Positions 18,379 to 28,916 of a stretch of DNA of 64,000 nucleotides are shown in pieces (within the stretch, counting starts at the first letter, position 1; each line of letters starts with the position of its first letter). The stretch spans positions 2,816,001 to 2,880,000 of the forward strand of contig OZ244922.1 of NCBI GenBank assembly GCA_965221905.1, written 5' to 3'. The stretch comes from Chloroflexota bacterium. GTDB lineage: Bacteria > Chloroflexota > UBA11872 > VXOZ01. Under the pieces are notes generated by a model. It ran no database searches. It was not told the origin of the DNA and was given only the letters and a program-made list of their open reading frames with translations. Both the position numbers and the translations under genes were made by a program.

Positions 18379-18625
18379 CCACTCGTGCTGAGCATGCCCA
18401 ACCGTCCTGAGCCCGCTTAGCCGCTCGTGCTGAGCCACCCCAACTGCGCTGAGCCATCCCAACCGCTGTTGCCGAGCCCGACTAACCGTTCGTGCCGAGC
18501 CACCCCAACCGTTCGTGCTGAGCCTGTCGAAGCATGAAGAGCAATGCGCGTTAGGACTCGCCACAGAATCCGTTCGCCCTTCGACCCTTCGACATGCTCA
18601 GGACAGGCAAGCCCAGGGGGAACGG
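18379..18625 (+). repeat. Degenerate 19-23-nt tandem array followed by an inverted pair of CCGTTCG-type palindromic repeats
   Basis: Six units CCGYTCGTGCYGAGC+tail, then CCGTTCGTGCTGAGCCTGTCGAAGCATGAA (18509-18538) and an inverted partner at 18570-18625 with a nested insert. Confidence 0.85.
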
Positions 18626-18743
18626 ATGAGAGTGCACACGGCAACTTCTAAAGCAGCCCCCAGGGCTTTCCTCAATGCCTGTCTAGCAAATTGCTTTTGC
18701 CAGCATCCGTGTAACGCAGGCCCACGCATTCTAGCAGCAGTCT

Positions 18744-20060
18744 CTACACCGGCGCGGGAAACGCGTAGCACAAGTCGAGAACATCCTGCTGCACCCGTTG
18801 CAGGGCAGCCGCATCTTTCCGGTTGTGTACCGCCTCTGCCATGCCCGCGCCGATGCGTTGCATCTCTGTCACGCCCATGCCGCGCGTCGTGACAGCAGGC
18901 GAGCCAACACGAATGCCGCTGGTTACAAAAGCCGAGCGGGTTTCGCGCGGTACCGTATTCTTATTCACGGTAATGTTGGCCTTCGCCAAGGCCGTTTCGA
19001 CGACTTTGCCGGAAGGGCCCTCCTTACCGAAGTCCACCACCATGAGGTGATTGTCCGTGCCGCCGGAGACAACGCGCAGGCCGTGCTGCATTAGCGTCTC
19101 CGCCAGCGCGTGGGCATTGCGCACCACCGCCTCGCCGTAGGTCTTGAACTCCGGCGTCATCACCTCCGCCAGGGCCACTGCTTTGCCGGCCATGATGTGC
19201 ATGAACGGGCCGCCCTGCAGACCGGGGAAGATTGCGCTATCTACTTTCTTGGCAAACTCCTCCCGGCACAAGATAAGCCCGCCGCGAGGGCCGCGCAGAG
19301 TCTTATGCGTGGATGAAGTCACGAAGTGCGCGTGCGGCACCGGGCTCGGATGGAGACCTACGGCAACCAGACCCGCAATGTGCGCCATGTCAACCATGAA
19401 CAGCGCGCCGACTGAGTCGGCAATCTGACGCAAGCGCGCAAAGTCTATGACACGCGAATAGGCCGTGGCGCCGCCGACGATCAAGCGCGGCTTGCATTCG
19501 TGAGCGATGCGCTCTACCTCATCGTAGTCGATGAGCTCAGTCTCCAAGTCAACCCCATAGGGCACGAAATTATAGACGAGGCCGGAGAAATTCCTCGGAT
19601 GACCGTGGGATAGATGCCCGCCCTGGGCCAACGACATGCCCATGACTGTGTCGCCAGGCTCGAGCATGGCTAGATAGACCGCAGCATTCGGATTGGAGCC
19701 GGAATAAGGCTGAAGGTTGGCATGCTCAGCGCCGAAAATGGCCTTGGCGCGGTCAATTGCCAACTGCTCGATCTCATCCACAAATTCACAGCCACCGTAG
19801 TAGCGTCGTCCGGGGTAGCCCTCCGCATACTTGTTCGTGAGAATCGAGCCGCACGCCTCGCGCACCGCAGCGCTCGTATAGTTCTCGGATGCGATGAGCT
19901 CCAGATGGTCTTCCTGGCGCTGGCGTTCCTTACTAATCCATTCGTAGACAGCCGGGTCTTGCTGCGCAAGAACCTCCAGCCCTGGCAACACCTCGTGTAC
20001 GGCGTCTACGACGAAGTCGGCGTCTGCGACGAAATCGGCGTCTGCGGCGAAGTCGACCAC
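18744..20060 (-). CDS. glyA: Serine hydroxymethyltransferase
   Basis: [49 protein letters not shown]. Confidence 0.98.
   Translation of the reverse strand: MVDFAADADFVADADFVVDAVHEVLPGLEVLAQQDPAVYEWISKERQRQEDHLELIASENYTSAAVREACGSILTNKYAEGYPGRRYYGGCEFVDEIEQLAIDRAKAIFGAEHANLQPYSGSNPNAAVYLAMLEPGDTVMGMSLAQGGHLSHGHPRNFSGLVYNFVPYGVDLETELIDYDEVERIAHECKPRLIVGGATAYSRVIDFARLRQIADSVGALFMVDMAHIAGLVAVGLHPSPVPHAHFVTSSTHKTLRGPRGGLILCREEFAKKVDSAIFPGLQGGPFMHIMAGKAVALAEVMTPEFKTYGEAVVRNAHALAETLMQHGLRVVSGGTDNHLMVVDFGKEGPSGKVVETALAKANITVNKNTVPRETRSAFVTSGIRVGSPAVTTRGMGVTEMQRIGAGMAEAVHNRKDAAALQRVQQDVLDLCYAFPAPV
20001..20054 (-). repeat. 3 x 18-nt tandem repeat in the glyA 5' end
   Basis: GGCGTCT(A/G)CG(A/G)CGAA(A/G)TC x3, encoding DF(A/V)(A/V)DA. 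Confidence 0.85.
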
Positions 20061-20376
20061 TTCCTAGCGTCCTTTCTACGATTGCTCGCCTTGCCCGGCG
20101 AGCGCCACGCTCATCATTCTTGCACGGCTCTTGCACGGCAACAGGGAAAAGAAACCTAATTAAATGGTAGCACAGGGTCATGCCTTGCGGCCTATCTCGC
20201 ATGCCGAAATTCCATTTGCCGGACTTTTCCACTGCGAGTGGGGATTGAAGGGAGGCATGCGTCCTGGAGCACATTCGGCAGTTGTTTTCAACAGCAATGC
20301 GGTCAGCGAAAACTTGGAGTATAGTGAAGTGAACGGCACGTTCCTCGGCTTGGCAAGGAATCACGGGCGGTGCGGC

Positions 20377-21687
20377 ATGCAAGACACTGATCGTCAAGCA
20401 GAGCAAGGGTCGGTTCAGGTCCAACTGGAACGGCCGCTCATCTTTGTGCTCACGGCGGGACTGCTGCTCCTCGCATTGATATCGGGCATAAACGTGCTTT
20501 ACTCCTTCCTCTACGCCATGCTCGGCCTTATTGCTCTGAGTTACTTTTGGACGACGAGGAATATCCGCAATCTCTCTGTAGAGCGCCACCTTCTTTCCAA
20601 GTGGGCTACGCTTGGCGACGAGGTAGTGGAGAGCTTTCGCGTAAGCAACGCCGGTGCGCTGCCCGTACTGTGGGTAGAAGTAAACGACCACTCGGACGTG
20701 CCCGGCTACCAAGCGGGCATCGTCACCGGGCTGGGGCCCCGCGAGCACCGCGAGTGGAAGACACGCGCCGTGTGTAGTCGGCGCGGACTCTACCGACTCG
20801 GTCCGTTGCGCGTTTACACTGGAGACCCGTTCGGCATCTTCCGTGCCACTAAAGAACTGCCCGATCAAGCGACGTTTCTCGTCTATCCGCCCATAACTGA
20901 AGTGCCGGGGCTGGCGCTGCCGACAGGACGCCAGAGCGGAGAATCTCGTTCTCTGCGGCGGGCGCTGCACCTGACTACCGATGCCGCCAGCGTGCGTGAG
21001 TACGCACCCGGAGATTCGCTGCACATCATACACTGGCCCACGACTGCCAGGCGCGGCCGCTTGCAGTCGAAAGAGTTTGACATGGAACCGGGAGGAAGCA
21101 CCTGGATTTTGCTTGATCTCGATCAGGCCGTGCAGGCAGGCGAAGAGGATGAATCTACCGAGGAGTACAGCGTCAAGCTGGCCGCGGCATTGGTCTACCG
21201 GTTGATCCGTGAACAGAAGTCAATCGGTCTCATTACGTACGGCGACGAGAACCGCGTCTTGCGCGCCAACAGGGGCAGTCAACACATGTGGCGAATTATG
21301 GAAATCCTGGCGATTGTGCGCGCCCATGGCACCGCGCAGGTGGGCGATGTGTTGTCTGAAGTCGCGCCGCAAATCCGGGGAAGTATGAGCCTTTTCGTAG
21401 TAACACCGAGCACTGATCCCACACTGGTGCCGATTTTGGTCAATATCTCGCGCAGGGGCATTCGGCCCACGGTTCTCCACCTGGAGCCGGAGACGTTTGG
21501 GGCTGCCGGCAGTAGCGTGCCCTTAAAGCAAGCGCTCGCCGCGGCCGGAATATCATTTATTGAGATTGAACGGGGCCAGGAGTTCCGCACGATCGCCATG
21601 GAAAAGGGCGATGAAGACATACGTCGGCGCGCTCAGACGGTAGGAACGACCGCGACGGGGCGGGTTCATGACCTAAATGCAGGATAG
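20377..21687 (+). CDS. DUF58 domain protein
   Basis: RRGLY..GP...GDPFG, VYP, VREY.PGD..IHW..TAR, ILLD; start uncertain. Confidence 0.9.
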   Translation: MQDTDRQAEQGSVQVQLERPLIFVLTAGLLLLALISGINVLYSFLYAMLGLIALSYFWTTRNIRNLSVERHLLSKWATLGDEVVESFRVSNAGALPVLWVEVNDHSDVPGYQAGIVTGLGPREHREWKTRAVCSRRGLYRLGPLRVYTGDPFGIFRATKELPDQATFLVYPPITEVPGLALPTGRQSGESRSLRRALHLTTDAASVREYAPGDSLHIIHWPTTARRGRLQSKEFDMEPGGSTWILLDLDQAVQAGEEDESTEEYSVKLAAALVYRLIREQKSIGLITYGDENRVLRANRGSQHMWRIMEILAIVRAHGTAQVGDVLSEVAPQIRGSMSLFVVTPSTDPTLVPILVNISRRGIRPTVLHLEPETFGAAGSSVPLKQALAAAGISFIEIERGQEFRTIAMEKGDEDIRRRAQTVGTTATGRVHDLNAG

Positions 21688-24151
21688 CAGTATGGCAAAA
21701 TCCTTCTACTCCGACATGTCCGCCGAGGAAAAACCGAGCTTACTTGAAACGTTGCTTCGGAACTGGCTGACGCTGCTCCTTTTGGCTGCAATGGTCCTCG
21801 TAAGCTCCTGGGCGATTCATCAGTCAGGGTGGGCAACCGGCACGGACGCCATTTTCTCCACCGCCACTATCGGCATGGCAGTCGGTTTCGTGGCAGCCCA
21901 TACCCGCTGGAGCACACGAAGAGGCTGGATTCTCGGTGTCATAATTGGATTAATCTACTGCTTTCTCCTCGTGGGCGAAGCCCTCCCGCCGGTCGACCGC
22001 ATACTCCAGGACGCCCTGGCACTGCTCTTGAATACGTTCACGTGGATTCTTGGCGCCCTGGGCGGTCTTCTCAGTGGAGCCGGCGTGCCGCAGCCCATTC
22101 CTCCTTTTGATGCAGCGACCACGTTCATAACGAATGCGAGCGACTTCGGCGCTCGCTTGATCGACTGGACGCGAGCGGGCATCCGAGGCACCTACTCAGA
22201 GGACAACGGTGTATTCGTATTCTGGATCACGCTCGTTGGGTGGGCCATCGGGTTCGTAGCGACGTGGGGATTCTACCGCCATAACGACATACTCATCGCG
22301 GCGCTCGTACCCGGCGTTGCAATGGTGATAAATCTGGCGTATTCCGGCCAGGGGCGTTGGCCGTTCGTTCTCTTTCTCGCTGCAACGCTCTTGCTGATGG
22401 TGCGCCTCAATCTCCATGCCCTGCAGAAGCGGTGGGAGTCGAAGAAACTAGACTACGCCACCGAAGTTGGCCTGGACGTACTGATTGCCAGTGTCATATT
22501 GACCACGGCGCTTACGTTCATGGCAACAATGGCGCCGCGCGTCGGCAGCAATCCAATTTCGGAGACGTTTTGGACCATCTTCGGCGGCGAGTGGGCCGAG
22601 ATTGATAACGCCACGAAGCGCCTCTTCTCGGGCATCCAGAATCCAAGCGGCGTGGGCCTCATTCTGGGCTCTGACAACCGTCTCTTCAGCGGGCCGCGGC
22701 GCTTTAGCCAACCCTACCGCATGTACGTCACCACAGACGAGAGCAACTTCAACGGGTATTGGCGGGGAGCTACCTTCGACGCCTATACCGGCTACACCTG
22801 GTACAACACCAGTGGTACACTGCTTGACCGACGTGCCAACGAGGAGCCTATTCCGCCGCCGCCGGTGAGATATCGTCGGCCGGCAACATTCTCGTTCCGC
22901 ATTGTAGACAGTCCGAGCGACATCGTCTTCGCGCCGGATTTCCCAACGAGCATCAGCATCCCATACCGCGTGCAGGTGGCGTCTTCGGACGTTCCGCTGG
23001 ACTATGACCTCTTGCGTGCGCGGCGTATTGCGGTGCCTGACCTTGAGTATACGCTGGAGAGTTTGGTGACCACTGCCACCGAAGATCAAATGCTCAATGC
23101 TCAAGGCGACATTCCGAAAGAAGTACGTCGGTATTTGCAAGCGCCCAAACTTCCCCAGCGGGTAGTAGACCTGACGAAAACTGTGGTGCGCGGGAAGGAA
23201 TCGCAGTATGAGAAGGCCCTGGCCATCGAACTGTTCTTGCGGCGCATTCCATATTCGATCGCTATTCCTCCTCCGCCTGCCGACAAAGACGCGGTTGACT
23301 ACTTTCTCTTCGAGGCCAAGCGCGGCTATGCGGACTACTATGCCAGCACCATGGTAGTCATGCTGCGCACAGTGGGCGTGCCTGCCCGCCTTGCCGTGGG
23401 TTTTGCTACGGGTCGCTACGACGTGGCGCAACGTCGGTTCGTTGTGACCGAAAAACAAGCACACACGTGGCCGGAAGTGTACTTCGCGGGCCTAGGCTGG
23501 ATTCCCTTTGAGCCTAGCCCAAATCAAACACCCATAGACCGCGGCATTCTTGCTTCTGAGATTAGCGGCTCGCCGAACCCTGAGCTCGACGAGTTTTACG
23601 ATGAGTTAGGCGAAGAGGAATACTTGGTTACGGGCGCGGCCGCCGCAATCGGCGGGAGCGTGCCGGGAACCAGCATACTTGGTGTAGAGGTTCCCAACTT
23701 GCCGGACCTGCGCCCTTTGCTGGCAATTTTAGTTGTCATTGGCGTTGGCTGGTTTGCGTACAGTATTGTGCAAGAGCGCCGGATGAACCCCCACCAGATG
23801 GTGCGGCACGTCTATCGCAAGCTCGTACGCACAGGGCGGATTGCAGGCTTTCCGGCCTCGTCCGCGCTCACACCACATGAGTATGGATTTCGCTTACTTA
23901 ACGACATGCATTCGGCTGCTGATAGGCGCTCTGCGGATGGCGCCGTGCGGGCAATCTGTTCCACCTACGCCGAGTCGCTCTACAGCCCACAAGGGATTTC
24001 GTCACAGCAAAAGAAATCTGTGGTCAAGGCTTGGGGACGACTGCGTTGGCGGCTCTATCGGCAGGGTCTAATCTTGGGCATGAAGCGACTCATTCCTTTC
24101 ATACGCAAAAGGTCTAGCGCCAGCATGCCGGCGAGCAGTACAAATCAATAG
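21677..24151 (+). CDS. TgpA-like membrane transglutaminase-domain protein (DUF3488/DUF4129), catalytic Cys absent
   Basis: Multi-TM N-terminus, YWRG..FD.Y.G..W, GYADYYAS, VPARLAVGF, AHTWPEVYF, GWIPFEP. Confidence 0.9.
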   Translation: MQDSSMAKSFYSDMSAEEKPSLLETLLRNWLTLLLLAAMVLVSSWAIHQSGWATGTDAIFSTATIGMAVGFVAAHTRWSTRRGWILGVIIGLIYCFLLVGEALPPVDRILQDALALLLNTFTWILGALGGLLSGAGVPQPIPPFDAATTFITNASDFGARLIDWTRAGIRGTYSEDNGVFVFWITLVGWAIGFVATWGFYRHNDILIAALVPGVAMVINLAYSGQGRWPFVLFLAATLLLMVRLNLHALQKRWESKKLDYATEVGLDVLIASVILTTALTFMATMAPRVGSNPISETFWTIFGGEWAEIDNATKRLFSGIQNPSGVGLILGSDNRLFSGPRRFSQPYRMYVTTDESNFNGYWRGATFDAYTGYTWYNTSGTLLDRRANEEPIPPPPVRYRRPATFSFRIVDSPSDIVFAPDFPTSISIPYRVQVASSDVPLDYDLLRARRIAVPDLEYTLESLVTTATEDQMLNAQGDIPKEVRRYLQAPKLPQRVVDLTKTVVRGKESQYEKALAIELFLRRIPYSIAIPPPPADKDAVDYFLFEAKRGYADYYASTMVVMLRTVGVPARLAVGFATGRYDVAQRRFVVTEKQAHTWPEVYFAGLGWIPFEPSPNQTPIDRGILASEISGSPNPELDEFYDELGEEEYLVTGAAAAIGGSVPGTSILGVEVPNLPDLRPLLAILVVIGVGWFAYSIVQERRMNPHQMVRHVYRKLVRTGRIAGFPASSALTPHEYGFRLLNDMHSAADRRSADGAVRAICSTYAESLYSPQGISSQQKKSVVKAWGRLRWRLYRQGLILGMKRLIPFIRKRSSASMPASSTNQ

Positions 24152-24290
24152 GAAGGGGCATAGCGTGTAGCGCGCGCCATCGCGGCACTCGCAATCGGGG
24201 GCACGCATCGCGGCCTCGAAGTGCGTATAAACTATAGTTGCCTAGCTTCTTAAAACTTTAAAGAGTCGCTATTGTGAAAGGATTGCGGCA

Positions 24291-24590
24291 TTGGGTCTCA
24301 GCGAGATACGCGATATAGCGGTCATTGTACTCGCTTTCATTTCCGCCCTCATGGCATTTTCGGTACTCTTTCTGGTGTTGGCGGTTGTACGAATGGCCGG
24401 CACGATTCAGGAAGAAATCAGGCCGCTCCTCAAATCCCTTACGGAGACGAGTAATACGGTAAAGGGAACGACGCAGTTTGTGAGCGAAGCCGTTGTACGT
24501 CCCGCTGCCAAAGCTGCGGGGAGAACTATGGGAATATTGCGGTTCGCGCGCACGCTTGCAAATGCTGTTACGCGCATGCAGAAGCGATAG
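24291..24590 (+). CDS. Small membrane protein, DUF948-like
   Basis: RDIAVI N-terminal TM then amphipathic helix (VKGTTQFVSEAVVRP). Confidence 0.6.
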   Translation: MGLSEIRDIAVIVLAFISALMAFSVLFLVLAVVRMAGTIQEEIRPLLKSLTETSNTVKGTTQFVSEAVVRPAAKAAGRTMGILRFARTLANAVTRMQKR

Positions 24591-24608
24591 GTCAAGGAGC
24601 GTAGTTAA

Positions 24609-24806
24609 ATGTTAAAGTTTATGGTCGGCTTTGCTATGGGGATCTCCCTAGGCACGATAGTTGGCGGCCTTATTGCGCCCAGCAACGGCGAGACATTCCG
24701 CGAGAGTATTCGCCGCCAGATTGAAGTTGCAAGACTCGAAGCGGCACAAGCGGCCCAAGAGACTGAAGAAGAGCTGCTCGCCCGCTACGAGGAAGCAAAA
24801 CAGTGA
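24609..24806 (+). CDS. YtxH-like protein
   Basis: FMVGFAMG..LG...GLIAP..GE..R. Confidence 0.75.
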   Translation: MLKFMVGFAMGISLGTIVGGLIAPSNGETFRESIRRQIEVARLEAAQAAQETEEELLARYEEAKQ

Positions 24807-24813
24807 GGGAAGC

Positions 24814-25113
24814 ATGACGCTGGCACACTGGCGGGATATTGCTATCCTCATTCTCGTCATCGAAACGGTGCTTGGTAGCGTACTTATCTTGGCTCTCGCA
24901 CTGCTGCTCGCAAGCCTCGTCAGGCGCACAAATGCTGCGCTGCGCGATGTGCTGCACAGCGGACAAGCCTACGCGGCAAGTCTTGCAGCACAGACAGATG
25001 AGGTCTCACGCGAACGCTTGGTCAAGCCGGTCGTGAGTCTGCATGCGGCCAACGCCGGGGCTCGTGCATTCTTGCGGAGTCTCGTTAAGAATGTGCCAAT
25101 AGTGGGCCCTTGA
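24814..25113 (+). CDS. Small membrane protein, paralogous to 24291-24590
   Basis: WRDIAIL TM, ...EVS..LVKPV; GAGGGA RBS. Confidence 0.6.
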   Translation: MTLAHWRDIAILILVIETVLGSVLILALALLLASLVRRTNAALRDVLHSGQAYAASLAAQTDEVSRERLVKPVVSLHAANAGARAFLRSLVKNVPIVGP

Positions 25114-27730
25114 CCCCGTCGAATGCGTCTCGTTCAAGAATTGCTTCTCCAATCTCCTGCTCAGCGCAAAGCCCGCTCAAGCCAACCGGGGTAACCTGCC
25201 AACGCTATGCTAAGCATCACCGTTGATCCTGCCCTCGCCTTCAACCTCATCCGCGTCTTCGCCGCGCTGGCCTGCATCGCCCTCAGCGGCTTCTTGCTCG
25301 TCTACTTCGCCTTCGGCATCCGTCATCCGCTAACTGCCATCGCCACCGCACTCCCCATCGGTCTCGCGAGCACATTGCTCGTCTCCAATGTCCTCGCCTA
25401 TGTCCTCGGCACGCCACGCGCTCTCACCTGGGGTTTGCTTGCCGTCCTTGCCATCACCAGCCTAATCGCGGTGGCTCGTCGGCACCTCTTCAAGCCAGTG
25501 CAACCGGTCTCGTGGCTGGACGGCGCCCTCTTCGCCATCGCCGGCATCCTGCTCCTCATCCTGAGCGTAGCAAACTACGCCGTGCTGACAACTTCGAGCT
25601 ACTACATACACTTCTGGCTCGCAAATACAATTCGTTTTGGGAACTTTCCCGTAATGTCACCAGGCGCACCAATGCTGCCTGCCGAGTATCACTATGGCGC
25701 AGACTATCTCGCCGCCATGCTCGCGCACATTGGGCAAGTTGACATTGCCATCATCTTCTTCATCCTGACCCCGCTCGCTGCCACCAGCGCCTATCTCGCC
25801 GCCTCGATGGTGGCCGCAAAGGTGCTTGGCAATCTGCGTCTGGGCTTACTGGCCGGACTCTTCTTCTCTTTCGGGGCAGGCCTGCCCTACCTGCTGGCCC
25901 CGGTGCGCTACATCCACCTCCGATGGTTCAATCCCTCCACCGCTGCCAGCCAAAACGAGCTTCTAGACTATTATCAAAGAATCTCTCCAAACGCATTTGA
26001 GGCTTATCCGCGATTCATCAGCTCGGTTCATTACATTGTTCCTTGGGCAATTCTACTAAGCTGCATTGCCTTGGCTGCACACCTGAATTCGCGTTTGCGC
26101 GGTGAAGACCGGCAAGACACTCATTGGGCCCAATGGGCACTGCTCGGCACGCTCTTTGCAAGCATCGCCTTAATAGAAGAGTCGATCTTTGCTCTTGGAT
26201 TGGTGGGGTGGGGAACCCTCGCACTTTGGCAGACGGCAACGCAGCGCACGTCCGTCTATCTTCGCTGTCTTGTCGTTGCAGCCTTGCCGGCAGCCCTACT
26301 TGCTTTTCTTCAAGGCGGCGTGTTTACCGACGCACTCTTTTCCTCCTCTCCTGATGGCCGAGGTTTTATCGCGGCATTCAACTTTCATCTACTCCCTCAA
26401 TTCACCGGACTATCTCCCCGCTTCGGCGCGACGGAATTGCAGTTAATCCATTCACCACCTTGGGGGGTAGTCTACCTGATCACTCTCGGCCTGCCGCTCC
26501 TCATCGCACCGGCGCTCATCATCTGGGCACTTAGATCAAAGCACGCCAATCCACACATTTGGTTGGCAACGATCGGGCTCGTTGGATTTACTGTCCCCCA
26601 CTTCATCACACATGAGTACTCTTCGAATTTCCTGCGTTGGCTGGAGTTCAGTCATGCGTCCTTTGCGTTTCTCCTTGGAATGGGCATGTTGAATTTGGTC
26701 TCATGCATGCGAAATCGTACGCTCGCTTGGACGCTTGCAGTAACCTGCACGGCATTGACCATCGCGTGGCCTCTGGCCGGCTCTATTCGGAACGTTGCCA
26801 CCGAGAGAAACGTAACCCTGGGCCAGAGTATCGAAGACCACTGGACTATTTCGCCGCCGTTACGCCAAAGAGATCAAGCCGACTGGATCACCGGTAGGCC
26901 TTACACCTTTCTAATGAGCGGTGAAGCACGCCAATTCCTCGGTACGTTGCCGCCAACCGCCCGCGTTCTGACAAACCGCTTTCCAGAAGTACCTCTACTC
27001 ATTCGCGGTCTCGCCCCACACAAGAATACGGAAAGGATTTCCTATACGTACTTCCGGTTTCCTAGTGGGACCTATCTCGATGCCCTTTACGCCCTCGACC
27101 CAACAGCCATGCAGCAGTATGGTATCACCCACCTCGTAATCAACCTCAAGTGGTTCCGTAACTCCCCATCCTCCGTTCAGGCTCTCTTAGAAGTCCCACG
27201 TTACTTTTCTCTGCTATTCTCAGACGAGCAATTCCACGAGGGGCTTGCTTGGCACCGTGTCTACGCAGTCCTTCCTGCCTTCTACGAGGAGCGTCCGCAG
27301 GTTTCCCAAGACCTCTTACGCATTCTGCCTGAACTCGTCCCTCAAGATGGCTCCGTTTACGTCTCTCCCGCCATACCGCCGGACATACGGTGGGCGTTTC
27401 TCTATGCCCTGCGCCAGCGGCAATTGGCGAGCGGCCTTATGGACGAACACCACATTAGGACCAGCTTCGTTATTGCGGAGCCGTTGCCGCGCGACCGCTA
27501 CGACTTTGCCCTGCTCATTGACGAACCGCCGGGAGAACGGTGGCTCAATTGGGCGTTCACTCCCCAAGACCTCCCTTCCGTATGGGGGCTTCATTCTTCA
27601 CAGCGAGTCTGGCATGCCCTCGGCGTCGGCCTCTATGCCCTCAACACCGGGGACTGTCCCGGCCGATCGGTCGCCAGCGTGCCTCCCTTCTGGCAACTCC
27701 CCGCAAACGCGTCTACGACACTCAATCTAG

Positions 27731-28916
27731 GAAAACTCTGAACAAGTCCCTGGCATAGTATCATAGCAAGAAAGCAGGATACGGTGAGGAGCTGGGTAAT
27801 GGAGCAACCGACGTTTGCCGACTTGGAGTACGCGCAGAAGAAGCGCAAGACGCGCCGGGAGAAGTTCTTGGAGCGGATGGACGCGCTGCTCCCGTGGGCG
27901 GAGATGGAGGCGCGCATTGCGCCGTACTATCCCAAGCCAGGGCGGGGGCGGCGGCCGTATCCCTTGTCGGTAATGCTGCGGATACACTGCGTGCAGTTGT
28001 TCTACAACCTGAGCGATCCTGGGATGGAGGACATGCTGTACGAGGTAGAACCGGTGCGGCGGTTCGTGGGGCTGCGGCTGTCAGAGGCGCTGCCGGACGA
28101 GACGACTATTCTGCACTTTCGGCATTTGCTGGAGAAGCACCGGTTAGGAGAGGGGTTGTTGGCGGAGATCAACGCGCATTTGGCAGGTCGGGGCTTGCGG
28201 CTGCGAGCGGGGACGGTAGTGGACGCGACCATCATCGCGGCGCCGACATCGACGAAGAACCGAGAGGGGGAGCGAGACCCGGCGATGCGGCAGGTGAAGA
28301 AGGGGAACCAGTATTACTTTGGGATGAAGCTGCACATCGGCGTCGACGCACAGACGGGGCTCGTGCATAGCTTCACCACCACATCGGCCAACGTGCACGA
28401 CGTAACGCAAGCGGCGGCGTTGCTGCACGGCGCAGAGCAGCAGGTGTGGGGAGACGCCGGGTACGTGGGGGTGCAGAAGCGACCGGAGCATCAGGGGCGC
28501 GCCGTAGCGTGGCAGGTGGCGCTCAAGCCGGGGCTGCGGCGGAAACTGGCGCCTGAGAGCGCGGCGGCGCTGGCAGAGCAGCGCAAAGCATCGGTTAGGG
28601 CCAAAGTAGAGCATCCGTTCCTGTGGGTGAAGCGGCACTTCGGCTACGCCACGGTGCGCTACCGGGGTCTGTCCAAGAACAGGCAACGGCTGGCGTTGCT
28701 GCTGGGGCTGACCAATGTGATGACGGCCGCACGCCAGTTGGCAACATGACACGGGAGCAGTGCGCCCAAAACACGGCCAGGAGCGTATTGCGCTTCCAAC
28801 GGGACCGCATCAAAGCCAAAACAGCCCCTCCCACATGCCAAGACACACCTCAAACCACCCCACAATCCCGCACATACCCATAAACCGATGCATATCCCGA
28901 CTTGCTCAGACCTTTC
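27731..28916 (+). mobile_element. IS5-family insertion sequence, copy 1 (1186 bp)
   Basis: TIRs GAAAACTCTGAACAAGTC / GAAAGGTCTGAGCAAGTC; CTAG on both sides (27727-30, 28917-20); alternatively GG ends with a TA duplication. Confidence 0.95.
27784..28749 (+). CDS. IS5-family DDE transposase
   Basis: TRREKFL, GRRPYPL, LSDP.MED, PDETTI, VDATII, FGMKLHIGVD, GDAGY, RAKVEHPF. Confidence 0.97.
   Translation: MRSWVMEQPTFADLEYAQKKRKTRREKFLERMDALLPWAEMEARIAPYYPKPGRGRRPYPLSVMLRIHCVQLFYNLSDPGMEDMLYEVEPVRRFVGLRLSEALPDETTILHFRHLLEKHRLGEGLLAEINAHLAGRGLRLRAGTVVDATIIAAPTSTKNREGERDPAMRQVKKGNQYYFGMKLHIGVDAQTGLVHSFTTTSANVHDVTQAAALLHGAEQQVWGDAGYVGVQKRPEHQGRAVAWQVALKPGLRRKLAPESAAALAEQRKASVRAKVEHPFLWVKRHFGYATVRYRGLSKNRQRLALLLGLTNVMTAARQLAT

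Noticed and set aside
22448-23464. Long antisense/shadow ORFs (also 15997-16905, 61208-62221, 62459-63376, 19933-21033)
   Set aside because: They overlap well-supported genes on the opposite strand, have no motifs, and are expected at high GC.
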